DNA of 64,000 nucleotides from assembly GCF_019059575.1 (NCBI RefSeq), contig NW_024881521.1, forward strand, positions 601,297 through 665,296, written 5' to 3'. Both the position numbers and the translations under genes were made by a program. The stretch is from Amphibalanus amphitrite. Lineage: Eukaryota. Shown here piece after piece: positions 24,901 to 36,428 of this stretch (position 1 is the first letter of the stretch; every line of letters starts with the position of its first letter). Below the pieces are notes generated by a model. The model was not told the origin of the DNA and did no database searches. It saw only the letters and a program-made list of their open reading frames with translations.

Positions 24901-25326
24901 TAGCTTCATGTCCAATTTATCGTGTTAAAGGTTGCATTATCATGCAGAAGCCTTCACTTTCATCACCTGGCTTCTGCATGTACTCACCCTAACAATAGAC
25001 CAACCAACCAGGCCCTGTGTACCAGGCCAGCCTTGTTGAGGTCACATGCTATTCATGTAGGTATTTAGATTTAACACTGAAGAAACTGGGGTTGTTTTGG
25101 AATCGTCATTATGGCCAGGCTCCAAGTTCCACCACAGGCTAAGGTGGATCAAATGTTTTGTAATCCAATATACCTACCTAATCTATGGGACAAATGATAA
25201 ACTAGTTGACAGTCAGTCTGACTGAATGTGAAATGCCCATTTAGAGAATTGTATAATATTTTTACCTGTCAATGCCCAGTAGCTGAATGTTAACTTTTGT
25301 TTCAGAATTGAAAAGGAGACTGCAAA

Positions 25327-25410
25327 ATGATCATCCGGTCCTGCTGGAGTCCTTGGATGTTTTATGACAACACCAGACAAGGAAGCCATGCTGTGGCCGC
25401 ATACTGCTTG
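25327..25410 (+). CDS. LAPTM4/5-family (lysosomal-associated 4-TM protein) exon 1 (MIIRSCWSPWMFYDNTRQGSHAVAAYCL)
   Basis: ATG at 25327, ttg|gtgagt donor; ..R.G....Y.VMN.LA.. resembles LAPTM4 N-terminus ([23 protein letters not shown]). Confidence 0.6.
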
Positions 25411-25816
25411 GTGAGTGTCTGGAGCACTAGTTTCCTGTCTAGGAGCTTCTGGTGATCCATTTTTTTAATATATTGTCCTTTGTACATTGAATATGAATTA
25501 TGCATTGCTATTTGGTACTAATACAGGTAGGTACCCAATGAGCAGAAGAACTGCATTTATTCAATATTCGTGACTATCCTGCTTCTATCCATCCTAAACT
25601 ATTTCTGCGTCACCTATTTTATGTGTAGTTGATTACCGCTCATTCCTTGGCTGACAATGGCCACCATGTGACTGACTTCTTTTTTATAACTTAGGTACTG
25701 ATGTTGTGCATCGATACCCCGTGATGACTTAATTATTCACTTTATCATTATCAGCCTATGCTGTGGATCCGCTCGCTTCATGTCTCACACCGTCCGTCCA
25801 CTGTCTGTGTTCCCAG

Positions 25817-25925
25817 GTGATGAACATCCTGGCGATTGTGTTCGTCATCTACCAGATGGCCGGCGGAGAGTCGTCCCAGTTCTACCTGCCGCTCTTCGAG
25901 AGCAACAACGGCGGATATAGTAACT
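25817..25925 (+). CDS. LAPTM4/5-like exon 2 (VMNILAIVFVIYQMAGGESSQFYLPLFESNNGGYSN)
   Basis: tcccag acceptor, aact|gtgagt donor. Confidence 0.65.
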
Positions 25926-26211
25926 GTGAGTGCTGGGACGGCGGCTGAGGCTGGATTGCTGGGCGGCAGCGGAGGCGGGATAGATGAGGCTAGGCCGACT
26001 GGCTTTTAGTTTGGGTCTTTATTATATATGTTTGACTCTGTGACTTGGCTGTGTCTCGGCAACCGCGCCTCCGTCTGTTCTTGTCGACTTTCAAGATTCG
26101 TTTGCTCTTATCTTATTTGATAGGTAGTTAATATGCAGTCAATAAATGACCAGTCAGCTCACGATCGCTATCTCTGAGCCGTTTCTTACCTGACCGTCTG
26201 TCTACCCACAG

Positions 26212-26399
26212 CGACGTTGGGCTGGGGCCTCGGTCTTATCCTGTACTTTGTGATTTTCGCCTCGCTCACGCTGATGATGTCGTCGGGCGTAAAGCGCGAG
26301 CTGCGCTTCATGCTGCTGCCGTGGATCATCTACAACTTCCTGTTCGTGCTGCTGATGCTCGTGTTCGGTGGCTGGCTCGTCTACACGTACTACTCACTG
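26212..26399 (+). CDS. LAPTM4/5-like exon 3 (STLGWGLGLILYFVIFASLTLMMSSGVKRELRFMLLPWIIYNFLFVLLMLVFGGWLVYTYYSL), TM2-TM3
   Basis: cccacag acceptor, ctg|gtgggt donor; phase-consistent. Confidence 0.65.
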
Positions 26400-26536
26400 G
26401 TGGGTATACACATACTGCATCGCGGATCGTTGCGTTGGTAGTGGTGGACTGATTTGACTCTCTCGGTGTGAACGTGTATTATTCATATAAGCTCAGAATG
26501 GGTCAGACGGTTTTATTTGGTGACCGTGCCGGTTAA

Positions 26537-27436
26537 CCCTCGCCCGCACATGGGGGGGGTGGTTGCCACCCCCCCCCCAGGTAGTCTTTCTGCTCTGCAC
26601 TCAACATTTTTAGAGCTAGAAGGCTGATTTTTGGTATAGCTGCTCCTCTATTCTTTCTTGATGTCCACTGAAAATTTCAAGTTTCTGTGATTTTTGGTTT
26701 CGGAGATATGACCTTGTTTTTCAGGTCATGTCATGACCCAAATGGCCAATTCTCAACATCTTGCGTTTGCCATGGGCCTTATGAGCTTTTGACACCCTGA
26801 TTTCGGCCTTTTTTGCCAGTCTTACCTCCTACCTATCATGGAACATGTTGTTCGACGATGTACAGGGGTCAAGGTCAGGGTCAAGGTCAACCTAGGTCAC
26901 CTAAGATAATTGCGTTTTAGGCAAGCTGAATTTACTTTTTTTGAAGTTTTTTGACTGCATTTTTGGTAAAAGCTTCTCAGATCATGATTTTATGTAATAT
27001 GGACCCAAAAACAATCGGTGCACACATCAGTATACACACAGACACACACAGACATACAAACACATATAATTGACCTTGACCTAACTTGACCTGAAATGAC
27101 CTCAGCAGCAAAATTCTGGTCGGGTAGTGTGACAAAGAGGTTCTAGCTGGCTTGGCACCAGAAAACAGCATCGTCATCGGTATTTGATAAGCAGCACACT
27201 TGATATCCAACGGTGACCCAAAACAGCAACATTTTTTAGTTTGACCTGACCTGGAAGGTCAATGACTGACCTGAGAAGGTAAAACTGGGTATCATTGGAT
27301 TCGTCTCTTCCCAAAGAATCTTTTTGGTCTTTACTGCTAAGCTCTATCTCCAACAGGAACGAAATGGCGCGGGGGGGTGGCAACCACCCCCCCCATGTGC
27401 GTTCTAGGATGGGAAAATGGCATGTGCGGGCGAGGG
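26537..27436. mobile_element. piggyBac-like non-autonomous element (MITE, ~900 bp) in LAPTM4-like intron 3; 16-bp TIR CCCTCGCCCGCACATG, TTAA TSD
   Basis: ggTTAAccctcgcccgcacatg at 26531-26552 and catgtgcgggcgagggTTAAgt at 27421-27442; additional subterminal inverted G-rich motif. Confidence 0.8.
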
Positions 27437-27650
27437 TTAAGTCAAGGGTGCCGACATGTGTGAATTAAATTGTTTCAGTATTAGATCGGACGGCACTTCG
27501 GTTGTAGCGTCCAATCGATGACATACTGCTAACGTAACGCCTATATACGACTGGCTGATGGACCACTGATGTACCGTAGACGCTACACATTGATTGTGTA
27601 CCTCTTGATTACCTACTGCGCCGCTGACACTACTACCACTGTCGTTTCAG

Positions 27651-27791
27651 CTGTACTCGGTGATGGCGCTCGTCATCCTGTACCTGTTCGCGGCGCTGCA
27701 CTTTTACTGCCACCTGTGCGTCTACTCGCAGTACCAGCTCATCAAGTTCAACCAGATGCCCATCATCGAGGTGTACTACCCGCAGCTGTGA
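27651..27791 (+). CDS. LAPTM4/5-like terminal exon (LYSVMALVILYLFAALHFYCHLCVYSQYQLIKFNQMPIIEVYYPQL*)
   Basis: tttcag acceptor, TGA at 27789-91; C-terminus resembles LAPTM4 ..CYKYINNRNVPEIAVYP. Confidence 0.65.
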   Translation: MYSVMALVILYLFAALHFYCHLCVYSQYQLIKFNQMPIIEVYYPQL

Positions 27792-29299
27792 GCGCCGAGT
27801 GCGGTCATGGTTTCGAGTGCTCATCGGTGGCACGCGGCGCTAGCGCTGGGTGCCCGAGGCAGTGATGGGTATTACGGTCACCAGTTGGGACTCGGCCTGC
27901 CCTGCCGCCGTTGGGAGAGATGTGGTAGCGGCTGGGTCTACTGCTTTTAGTGATCGGTTGCTGATGAGTGCTCTGGTCGTCGCTGCTACTTTCAGACGAT
28001 CGGGATAGGTGTTGACTGTTGACCGATCCACAGAACGTGTTCTGAGGAAACGGAGTTTTCTCTCCCTCATGTATCTACCTGCCCGTTCTGCGCAGTGTTG
28101 AGGCTTGTATCGAGGCGGGCAACAGGCTCGCGCCTCCGTCCGTCCGTCCGTCCGTTTGTTGTCTCCAGCGCTGTGTAAATACGTCCGTCCATCGGCTTTC
28201 TGCCGAACATCCATTTTGTCTGAATCTCCCCGGCAGTCAGCGTTATCGAGACTGTTTGTAACATTCCAACTTGTCGGGTTGCTTCTGATAGCCGAGGTAT
28301 TACTGCTGGTATGTAATTGATGTCACCAAATGTGTCGACTCTGGAAGCGTGCTGGGACGTAGCTAGCTGTTTGTGTAATCCATTCGCAACTCGCATGCTT
28401 GCGAGTTCATCTGGAGTGCTGGTGGCTGCTGATTTAGTCCGTCCAATGCACCCGCAGTGAATCAATAATTGATGTGCGTTGTTTTTTAATTAAGCTCGTA
28501 CGTTGCACACCCCGTTCGTAGTTCTGTTTTAGATTTGCACGCTGAGCTTTTTGGCTAAATATCGCTTACCATTCCCCGTGAAATACGCTGGGATTGCTAG
28601 AGAATCTCATCGCTTATCATATTTCATCGTAGTTTTCTACGCAGTACGCGTATTTTTGGAATATACTGCCTATTATACAATCGGCGTTTGCGTCGGTCTA
28701 CAACTTTTGTGGAAGAATCCGAGTGGAGAACACACGCGGGATATATGATCGGTTGAGCTTTCACCGTTGTCCTAGCACTTCGACAAGCGTAATCTGAAGA
28801 GAATGAAACTAACCTCTGGTGATGAGAGCTTTCAAAAGCTGCGTGGCTTTTCCCTGGTTCTGGATTTTGTTGTGAAAATTCAAATAGGCAAAGCACGCAA
28901 TTTTATTCAACTGAGTAAATGCGGCGTTGTTGGTCCAAGGACAAAAGACAAGCAGACAAAACGACAATTGCTTGGCATGGAATACACGATTTTGCAGGAT
29001 ATCTATCAGCATGATATTTACTACACCAGCAGAGATGCCACAATACACCCCTCCAAAATAACGAGAGACCGCCAACGCAAGCGCCAAACCCGTGCATTAT
29101 ATCACCTGGCACAAACATGCAGCCACAGACACCGATTTACATGACTAGTCAGATCTCTCGACTACGTTCGCTTCGTTCGAGCCCGGCCTGACGTGGCGCT
29201 AATTTATCACAAGGCGCGTCGGAGCGGTGCGTTGTCCGTGCCGCCCGGTTTTCTCCGTCAGCTGGAGGTCCCGGGTGGCGGTGGTGGCCTCTCGGCAGG

Positions 29300-29470
29300 T
29301 CAGGCGGGCGCGGCGGCCGGCCGGCGGCAGGCGCCCGGTGACGGCGGCCCCGTCTCGCGCTCCGTGAGCCCGGCCTCCAGGCGGGCCACCATGGCCGGCA
29401 GGTGGCAGAAGTAGCGACTGGCGGCCACGTGCCGCAGACGCACCCGCTGACACAGCTCCGGCCCGTACCG
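29300..29470 (-). CDS. terminal coding exon of IQ-motif gene (RYGPELCQRVRLRHVAASRYFCHLPAMVARLEAGLTERETGPPSPGACRRPAAAPA*)
   Basis: ccccggcag acceptor; TGA at 29300-02 (minus strand); phase-consistent with upstream exon. Confidence 0.55.
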   Translation of the reverse strand, partial: RYGPELCQRVRLRHVAASRYFCHLPAMVARLEAGLTERETGPPSPGACRRPAAAPA

Positions 29471-29756
29471 CTGCCGGGGAAGAGGAGTACAGCCACAAAA
29501 CGGTCAGTACCGCTGTGAGGGAGATGAGGTACGGTCACACTCGTCAGTACCGCTACTGGGAAGAAAGGAGAGGAGCACACCGGTACCTGATACATATATT
29601 ACAGGCCGTACTGCTAGCTGGAGGTGGGAGAGTTTGGACAAAGCACACACTGGTCACGCGAGAAGTATAACGAGACACTGAAATCATGATTGGTATAGCC
29701 GTCTCGTTCCTGGATCGTCATCCACTTTAAGAACGCACGCGCACCTCCAGGTGTGT

Positions 29757-29942
29757 CATCACTGACCTGCTGCGGCTTTCCGAGCTTGTAGTGCGCCTCG
29801 GTCTCGTCTCTGGTGAGCAGGACGCAGTTCCAAGGCGTCCAGGGCTGTTCCACGTCCCAGCGGCAGAGCAGCAGCTCATAGAGGTCCGGATCGGCGCTCA
29901 GGCAGGACTGGCCGCCCCACAGCGACAGCACCAGGTGACGGA
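29757..29942 (-). CDS. IQ-motif gene exon (ESDFRHLVLSLWGGQSCLSADPDLYELLLCRWDVEQPWTPWNCVLLTRDETEAHYKLGKPQQ)
   Basis: tgttacag acceptor, cag|gtcagt donor; ORF 29614..29961. Confidence 0.65.
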
Positions 29943-30361
29943 AATCAGACTCCTGTAACACATGAAAGACAGAGGTGGTATGTCAGACAGGACTGACCGC
30001 CCCACAGCGACAGCACCAGGTGACGGAAGTCAGACTCCTGTAACACACAGACAGAGGTGGTATGTCAGACAGGACTGGCCGCCCCACAGCGACAGCACCA
30101 GGTGGCGGAAGTCAGACTCCTGTCACAGAAACAAATACATGTGTCAGACTCATTAACCTGTCCCATACCCAGATCATAAGTCACACGTAGGCCTCGCACA
30201 CACATGGGTAGCGAAAGTCGTACACCTTTCTCACACCGTATGTAGCGAGGAAAGACTTGCCAGTGACCAAACCCCACGCACGCTCCCCGTACTTCGACTG
30301 CAGGCTGTCCTCTCTCACATATACTAGAGTACCACTGACCCGTCAGTAATCCTCCGCTGAC

Positions 30362-30497
30362 CTGTATGAGGCAGACGGCTGCCGAGCCCGGTGACCGGTT
30401 CTGTTCGTCACGGCGCAGCTCTTCCAGCATCTTCCCGAGCACGTTGTTGTCGTGACGCCGCAGCGCCCAGTTCTGCAGCTGTTCACACATACGGCAC
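30362..30497 (-). CDS. IQ-motif gene exon (R-CRMCEQLQNWALRRHDNNVLGKMLEELRRDEQNRSPGSAAVCLIQ)
   Basis: ccctcag acceptor, cag|gtcagc donor. Confidence 0.6.
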
Positions 30498-30777
30498 CTG
30501 AGGGAAAGTAGCGGGACGGAGCGGTAAGGATGGTTGGTGGTTAGTGGTTACACATCTAACTAGAGTTGAAGCCAACGACAGAGGCACTCTGTACTGCGCA
30601 CAAGTCACCACTAGGCTGTAAAAAATAAGACAATAATGGCATTCGCTAGCTGCATTATTTATGACGGCATAAGTCCTTAAGTCTGATATGGGACATCAGT
30701 TCATTCACGACCCCTAAATCAATATCCATCCCACTGCACTTTCCCACACCCACCAATTCCCCGCCGCTCTGACGTAC

Positions 30778-30890
30778 CTCCTCAGGGTAACGTCGCTGGC
30801 GTCCACCTGGAACTGGTGTCTCGGCAGACAGCGGTGGCACGAGGTGCACGTGTTGACGTCACCGCGGATCGACTCTGGGTCCAGCGGTAC
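30778..30890 (-). CDS. IQ-motif gene exon, Cys-rich (VPLDPESIRGDVNTCTSCHRCLPRHQFQVDASDVTLR)
   Basis: gtgcgtcag acceptor, ag|gtacgt donor. Confidence 0.6.
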
Positions 30891-31155
30891 CTGACGCACG
30901 TCAAAACAAGGCACACGTCAGTCGGGGACAGTGATGGTGACGGCAGACATCATCCAAAAGCAATAAGGCGAGATGAGGAAAATTTACAGGCAGTGAAGCA
31001 ACATGTGTAAGCATCATAGAGTATTAGCAAACATCATGAAAAAACGCGGTAAATTATGTACATTTTTATCAGCCAGGATAGTATCAAAAGTGGACCCTGT
31101 TAGCTAGCCATGCCAGACCCAGCAGAACTCCTAGCCACTGTGGCCTAGGACGCAC

Positions 31156-31341
31156 CTTCTGGCATTTGGCCGAGGCCGGGTTGAAGTTGACATCCCTCAG
31201 CAGTCGCCAGAAGAGCTGCAGGGAGCGGTGTCTCAGGCCGGCCAGGTGCCGCGGCGTCACCCCGCGCGACAGCAGGTCCATCTCGCGCTTACAGAGGTCC
31301 CGCAGCTCGTGGTTATCGGCCGAGAACGGCAGGCCGGCGAT
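31156..31341 (-). CDS. IQ-motif gene exon (IAGLPFSADNHELRDLCKREMDLLSRGVTPRHLAGLRHRSLQLFWRLLRDVNFNPASAKCQK)
   Basis: tccgcag acceptor, aag|gtgcgt donor; 62 codons. Confidence 0.65.
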
Positions 31342-31682
31342 CTGCGGACGGATGGGCGTTAGAAGCCGAATAGGAGGGAGAAGCGCGGATATGTCGCACA
31401 TCTGACTGGCTAACAATCGACCGAATAAAATGATGGTTACCAAACTCACTCCGCATGATAACGTATTACTCCTCTTATAATATGAACACCAAAACAGATT
31501 CAACAGTGCTCACGGTAACCGAAACAACACATTTTAACAAAAAGATGCCCACCATATGGTCCCACCCCCCAAAACCTGACAACTTCCATAACTCAACGTA
31601 TTGACACCTGTCACATGATTGCGCAAAATACACGTAATCGTGCGCTGATTTTCTCACCCTCCCAAGTCCGATCCAGTCTCAC

Positions 31683-31847
31683 CAGGTCGGCCAGCGTGGC
31701 CAAGATGTCTGACCGCTCGTCGGCGCTCAGCCCGGGCAGGGTCAGCGAGGTGTGAATGTCGCGCAGCTGACGCGCCCACAGCGTCACTGAGTTGTCCACC
31801 GAAATGGGCTCGCCGTCACGGCCCTTCCAGCGCAGAGGTGCCTGCGT
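31683..31847 (-). CDS. IQ-motif gene exon (TQAPLRWKGRDGEPISVDNSVTLWARQLRDIHTSLTLPGLSADERSDILATLADL)
   Basis: cttgacag acceptor, ctg|gtgaga donor. Confidence 0.65.
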
Positions 31848-32159
31848 CTGTCAAGAGAGGGGAGTAAAGGGCTTAGACACAGTGTAACTGCTGATACAGG
31901 CACAGCATAGGCGACTCGCTGTCATAGAGAGGAGTAGGCAGCAACACAAAGTACGTATGCCTGACCCTGCTTTAAACGACGCAATGCAAGTTTGATTTGA
32001 CGAGCCGGCCTGTGGTAGGCAGTGCCATTCAAAAGTGTCCATGCAACGTCGACTTATGATTCGATAACTATTTTCCCGAACCAAGAGCGTTGATCTGAAA
32101 TATCATTACATGTTGAGTTCAATCATAGTACCTATTAGACCAATCCAAACTTCACGTAC

Positions 32160-32426
32160 CTTCTCCAGCAGCCGGTGTATGCGTTTGGCCTGTCCGCAGG
32201 CGGCCGCGCGGCTCTGATGGCCGTTGATGGCCTTCAGCATCTCCGCCTCCTGTTCCAGCAGCTGACACAGCGCCGCCTTCAGCTCACCACCCGACTTGGT
32301 GGAGTAACAGTAGGCGATGGCCTTCTTCCGCCAGGCCTCCAGCGAGCTGAACAGAATGTCGAAGTCGTTCTTGCTCTTGGGGTCCATCTTCCGCTCGACG
32401 ACTCCGGCGCGACGCTTCAGCCGAGC
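32160..32426 (-). CDS. IQ-motif gene exon (ARLKRRAGVVERKMDPKSKNDFDILFSSLEAWRKKAIAYCYSTKSGGELKAALCQLLEQEAEMLKAINGHQSRAAACGQAKRIHRLLEK)
   Basis: ORF 32106..32462; gtcccag acceptor (one of several possible), aag|gtacgt donor. Confidence 0.6.
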
Positions 32427-32669
32427 CTGGGACCCAGGCCGAATACAGGTCAGCGTCGGCAATAACGAACAGAATTACAGCAACAGCTGCAGATAAGAGG
32501 AGGAAATGATCGCCATGAGAGAGATAAGCTACAAAGAAAACATTAACAACACTAAATCTAAGATAGGTCAATTAGTGTTCAGTGTGAGCGTTGGTCACTC
32601 GACTAACGTTGCAATGCCGCACTCCGGAGTCTCTGGTGACCTCCGATGACCCAATGACCCGTATCTGAC

Positions 32670-32789
32670 CTGTTTGCGCCGTTCTGCGTCGTCCACAATC
32701 CACTGGAGCACGACATCCCGCTCCCTGGCCATCCGCTGTACCCGGCGACGGGCCAGCCAGCGGCGCCAGTACTTCTGTAGAAGAATCGC
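32670..32789 (-). CDS. IQ-motif exon (AILLQKYWRRWLARRRVQRMARERDVVLQWIVDDAERRKQ)
   Basis: IQxxxRGxxxR-like calmodulin-binding motif (LQKYWRRWLARRR); ccaccacag acceptor, cag|gtcaga donor. Confidence 0.65.
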
Positions 32790-32904
32790 CTGTGGTGGAG
32801 AGCGTGAATATCGTCAGACAGGGGAGTAACACGGGCCAACCAGCGGCGCCAGTATTTTTGTAGAACGATCGCCTGTGGTGGAGAGGGAACATCGTCAGAC
32901 AATT

Positions 32905-35450
32905 GGGGCCTATTGTTGTTGTTGTTGTTGTTCCCCCTGGGACCTCCTTACGGAGGACCATAGCCGAGAGGCTCCCTATGGCGAAGGTAGCCGGCCTCCA
33001 AGGCAGCCACCAGGTCGGCGTCCCGCAGCCGCGACGGGTCGACGTGAATGCTGCCAGTTAGCCGCAGGCGGGCGCCAGCGAGGGCCGGGCAGCGGAGCAA
33101 CACGTGCTCCGGCACGTCCGCCTCTTCCCGGCACACGGCGCAGAGCGCCGTGGGGCACCGCTTATCGGGGCACTGCAGGCATGCCACGGAGGGGTGGCGG
33201 CCGATCCGGTGCAGGTATTGGAGCGAGCGGCCCCAGTGGCCCACCCTCCACTGGTGCACCGAGATGGCGGCCTCTCGGTCCTCTCCGGGGATGGGGAGCG
33301 GCAGGGTGCTCCCGAAGATAGCCTTGAAAAAGGAGTCGGGCCAGTTTTCGCGCCACTGACGTGTGGTCGTCCGATGAACTGCCCGTGTCAGGGGCCGAGC
33401 GTCCGAGGGCACGGCGCCCTGGGGCAGGGTGGCCGCTTGCTTGGCCAGGGCGTCAGCGCGCTCGTTCTCCGCCAGCCCGCAGTGAGCAGGGACCCACTGC
33501 AGGGTCACCTGCCGGCGCTCGGCAATGTCCAGCAGCGTCCTCCAGATCGCCGCGCCGAAAGTGGAGGTCTGGGCGGCCGCTCCCGCGCTGAGGAGGCTCA
33601 GGGCGGCTCGTGAGTCAGAGCACGCCACCAGCGGGGCGGGGGACGGCTCATCCCGGACCCGCTCCAGCGCCGCCCTCAGGGCGAACAGCTCCGCACGGGT
33701 GCTGGAGCAGAGGTCTCCCGCCACCACCTCAACCTCGAGAGTCTCCCCCGACGCGGTAAAGATGATGGCGCCGCCCCCTCGCCTCGCCTGACCCCAGCGT
33801 CCGCAGAGCCGTCGGACCAAATCCACGTGGCCTGGGCTGGGAGCGCCGCCAGGTGCTGCCGCGCGGCCTCTCGTCGCGTCTCGTTGGAGGAGGCTCGACG
33901 ACCGCCGGGTCCCACGTCCAGATTGAAGGCGATCGGGCGGCAGGTTGTCCACGGGAGGAGGGGAACCTCGAGGCGCGGCTCCACCGTCACTCCCTCGGCG
34001 CCCGCCTCGATCAGCGCCGATCGCCCCAGTTGTCGCCAGCCGGTGGTAGACCGCAGTCGAGTGGGTGGGTCGGCCTCCGCGACGCGGCGAAGAGGGTCGT
34101 CCTCCGGCAGGGCGAGCGCTCGGCAGAGCGTTCGCGCGGCCAGCGTCTTCCTGGTGGACCATGCTGAAGGGATGCCAGCCTCGGCCAGCAGGGGATCCCT
34201 GGGGGTGGACCTTGGGCATCCGGTCACCACCCGGGCTGCCGCCAGCAGCTCGCGCTCCACCAGCTGAACGTGTGACGGGGACGCGGCCGGGAGCCAGGCA
34301 CCCGCTGCGTATTCAAGGGCTCCCCGGACATACCCGTTCGCGACTGTCCTGAGCTGCGCCTCGCGGAGACCCCAGGCCCGGCCGGTCATCCTCCGCAGCT
34401 GTGCCGTCCGCGGCCGGACCTTCCGCCGCAGCAGAGAGTCGCAGTGGTCTTTAAAGTGTAGAAGTCTGTCGAAGGTCACCCCCAGAAGATGTAGGCTGGT
34501 GCCACCGGTGACCTGCGTGCCGTTCGCCAGGAGTTGCACGCCGCGCTCGTCCCTGCTCCGCTGAGTCAGCAGCAGCGCCTGGGTCTTCTGTCCGGCGATG
34601 GACATCTTCCAGTGCCTTGCCCATCGGGCCAGGGCGTCGGCCGACTTCTGGGCGCGAGCCACCGCAAGCTCTACGGTGGCTCCAGCGCTCAGTGTGGCCC
34701 TGTCGTCCGCATACATCAGGACGTCCGTGCGGTCCGAGGCGTTCCGCAGGGTCTCGATAAGGTCCGCCGCCCAGAGCGTGTAGATGGTCGGTGCCAGGAC
34801 CGAGCCCTGCGGCAGGCCCGCGCGGAACACGCGCTCGCTGCTGTGCGCGCCGTTGACCTCTACGCGGGCCCGCCTGCCGCGAAGGAACCGGAATTTCCAG
34901 GTCGCGAGACATCTGGGGAGGAGCTTGAGGAGCTTCAGGTGCAACATCCGGTGATCGATCGTGTCATAGGCACGGGAGAAGTCGAACGCCAGGAGGACAA
35001 AGCGGTCCGCCGTCACGCCATCCTCCGGGCCTCGTCTCGGCTTGGGGCGATTCCAGCCATCTTGAACCGTTTGGACCAAGCGGGCCAGACTGTCCTCCGC
35101 CGACCTCCCGCGGCGGAACCCGACCTGTTCGGGGGGCACCAGTCGGTCTCGCTCGATGAGGTAGGTCGTCCGGGCCGCGATCATCCGCTCCGCTAGCTTG
35201 GCGATGTGACTCGTGAGCGCGATCGGGCGGTAGCTGCCCACTTGTTTGGGGTCTTTGCCGGCCTTAAAGATAGGGATGATGGTCGCCCGTCGCCATGAGG
35301 CGGGCGTCTCGAGGTTGGACCACGATCTGTTGATGAGTGCCAGAAGGGTCCGGTAGGCCGTCGGTCCGAAGTGCCGCAGGTGTTCGGTGCATACCCGGTC
35401 CGGTCCTGGCGCCTTCTTCGTCCCGAGGTGTCGGATTTGGTCGTCGGATT
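32905..35450 (-). mobile_element. 5'-truncated, frameshifted RNase-H-containing non-LTR retrotransposon (I/R1/LOA-type): RT, RNase H, C-terminal CCHC finger
   Basis: rc ORF 33676..35676: RT motifs (GPD.., FADD-equivalent YADDRA..); rc ORF 32948..34219: RNase H (..WVPAHCGLAENERADALAK) and C..C..H..C finger; (CAA)n 3' tail at 32918-32936; ~70% GC, unlike the host introns. Confidence 0.85.
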
Positions 35451-35883
35451 GGGGCCTGTCTGTGGGAGAGACACACAGCCCAACAAACGACGCCAGTACT
35501 TCTGCAGAACGATCGCCTGCAGAGACAGCGGGAGCATAGTCAGACGCGGGGAGACAGTCACACGGGCCAGCCAGCGACGCCAGTGCTTGTGAGGAACGAC
35601 TACCTGTGAGGGCGAGGGGAAGACTGTTGGTGCGTGTGGGGGGGGGGGGGGGGCACGGCATATCAGCGAGAGGCACAGATTGTCGCTGATATGGACCAGA
35701 CCACTGTCAAGTGTCAAAATAAATTATTTTTACAAGCTAAGCGAAATATGTGAGGGTACTTGATTGTTTATGAATGGTTAAACATAGCGAAGCTAGTTAT
35801 AATTTCCAAAATCCCACACCATGGCTGTAATACTGTTTGTGAGCATGCCGCCAGTGCAAGACCCAGCGCGGCGCCGCTCTCAC

Positions 35884-36065
35884 CTTATCGGTTCGCAGCT
35901 GGAGCAGTTCGTCAGCCGTCTGGTAGGCGCCGCTGTAGGACAGCACCCGCTCGCGCCGGTGGTCCTGCCACACACCCGGTTTGGGCATCTGGGTGCACGT
36001 GTCGCGGTTCGTCTGCACGGCCGCCGGCAGGCCCCATGCTGTCTGCGCGTCCCGCTCGTGGCGCT
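35884..36065 (-). CDS. probable upstream exon of the IQ-motif gene (..RHERDAQTAWGLPAAVQTNRDTCTQMPKPGVWQDHRRERVLSYSGAYQTADELLQLRTDK)
   Basis: tcgtccag acceptor, aag|gtgaga donor; phase-compatible with exons at 36.5, 37.1 and 37.5 kb and with the IQ exon. Confidence 0.5.
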
Positions 36066-36428
36066 CTGGACGAACGGACGGTTAAGATCAATGGCGCTGA
36101 CAATTCACGACCTGACACGAGTTGCGAACAGGCGTGGGTCGAGGACAGGCCCGTTGGGTCGAGATTTCGAGAATATGGGTCAAAGATCACGATAGCACAT
36201 GGTTCACGGACAACGGTCACAGACGCGGATCACAGAAAAATGGCACGGACACGGTCCTGAACACGGATCACAGTCTAGCACGAGGTTCACAGAGGGTTAA
36301 AGACACGGATAGTGGGAACCAGTCAGGGACACGGGCCACCGACGGTTTAACACGCGATAAGCATAACTTCAACGTAGCTGCCGGTAGAGTCCGCGGCACT
36401 CCGCGCTGCTCCGAACTGAAAGACTCAC

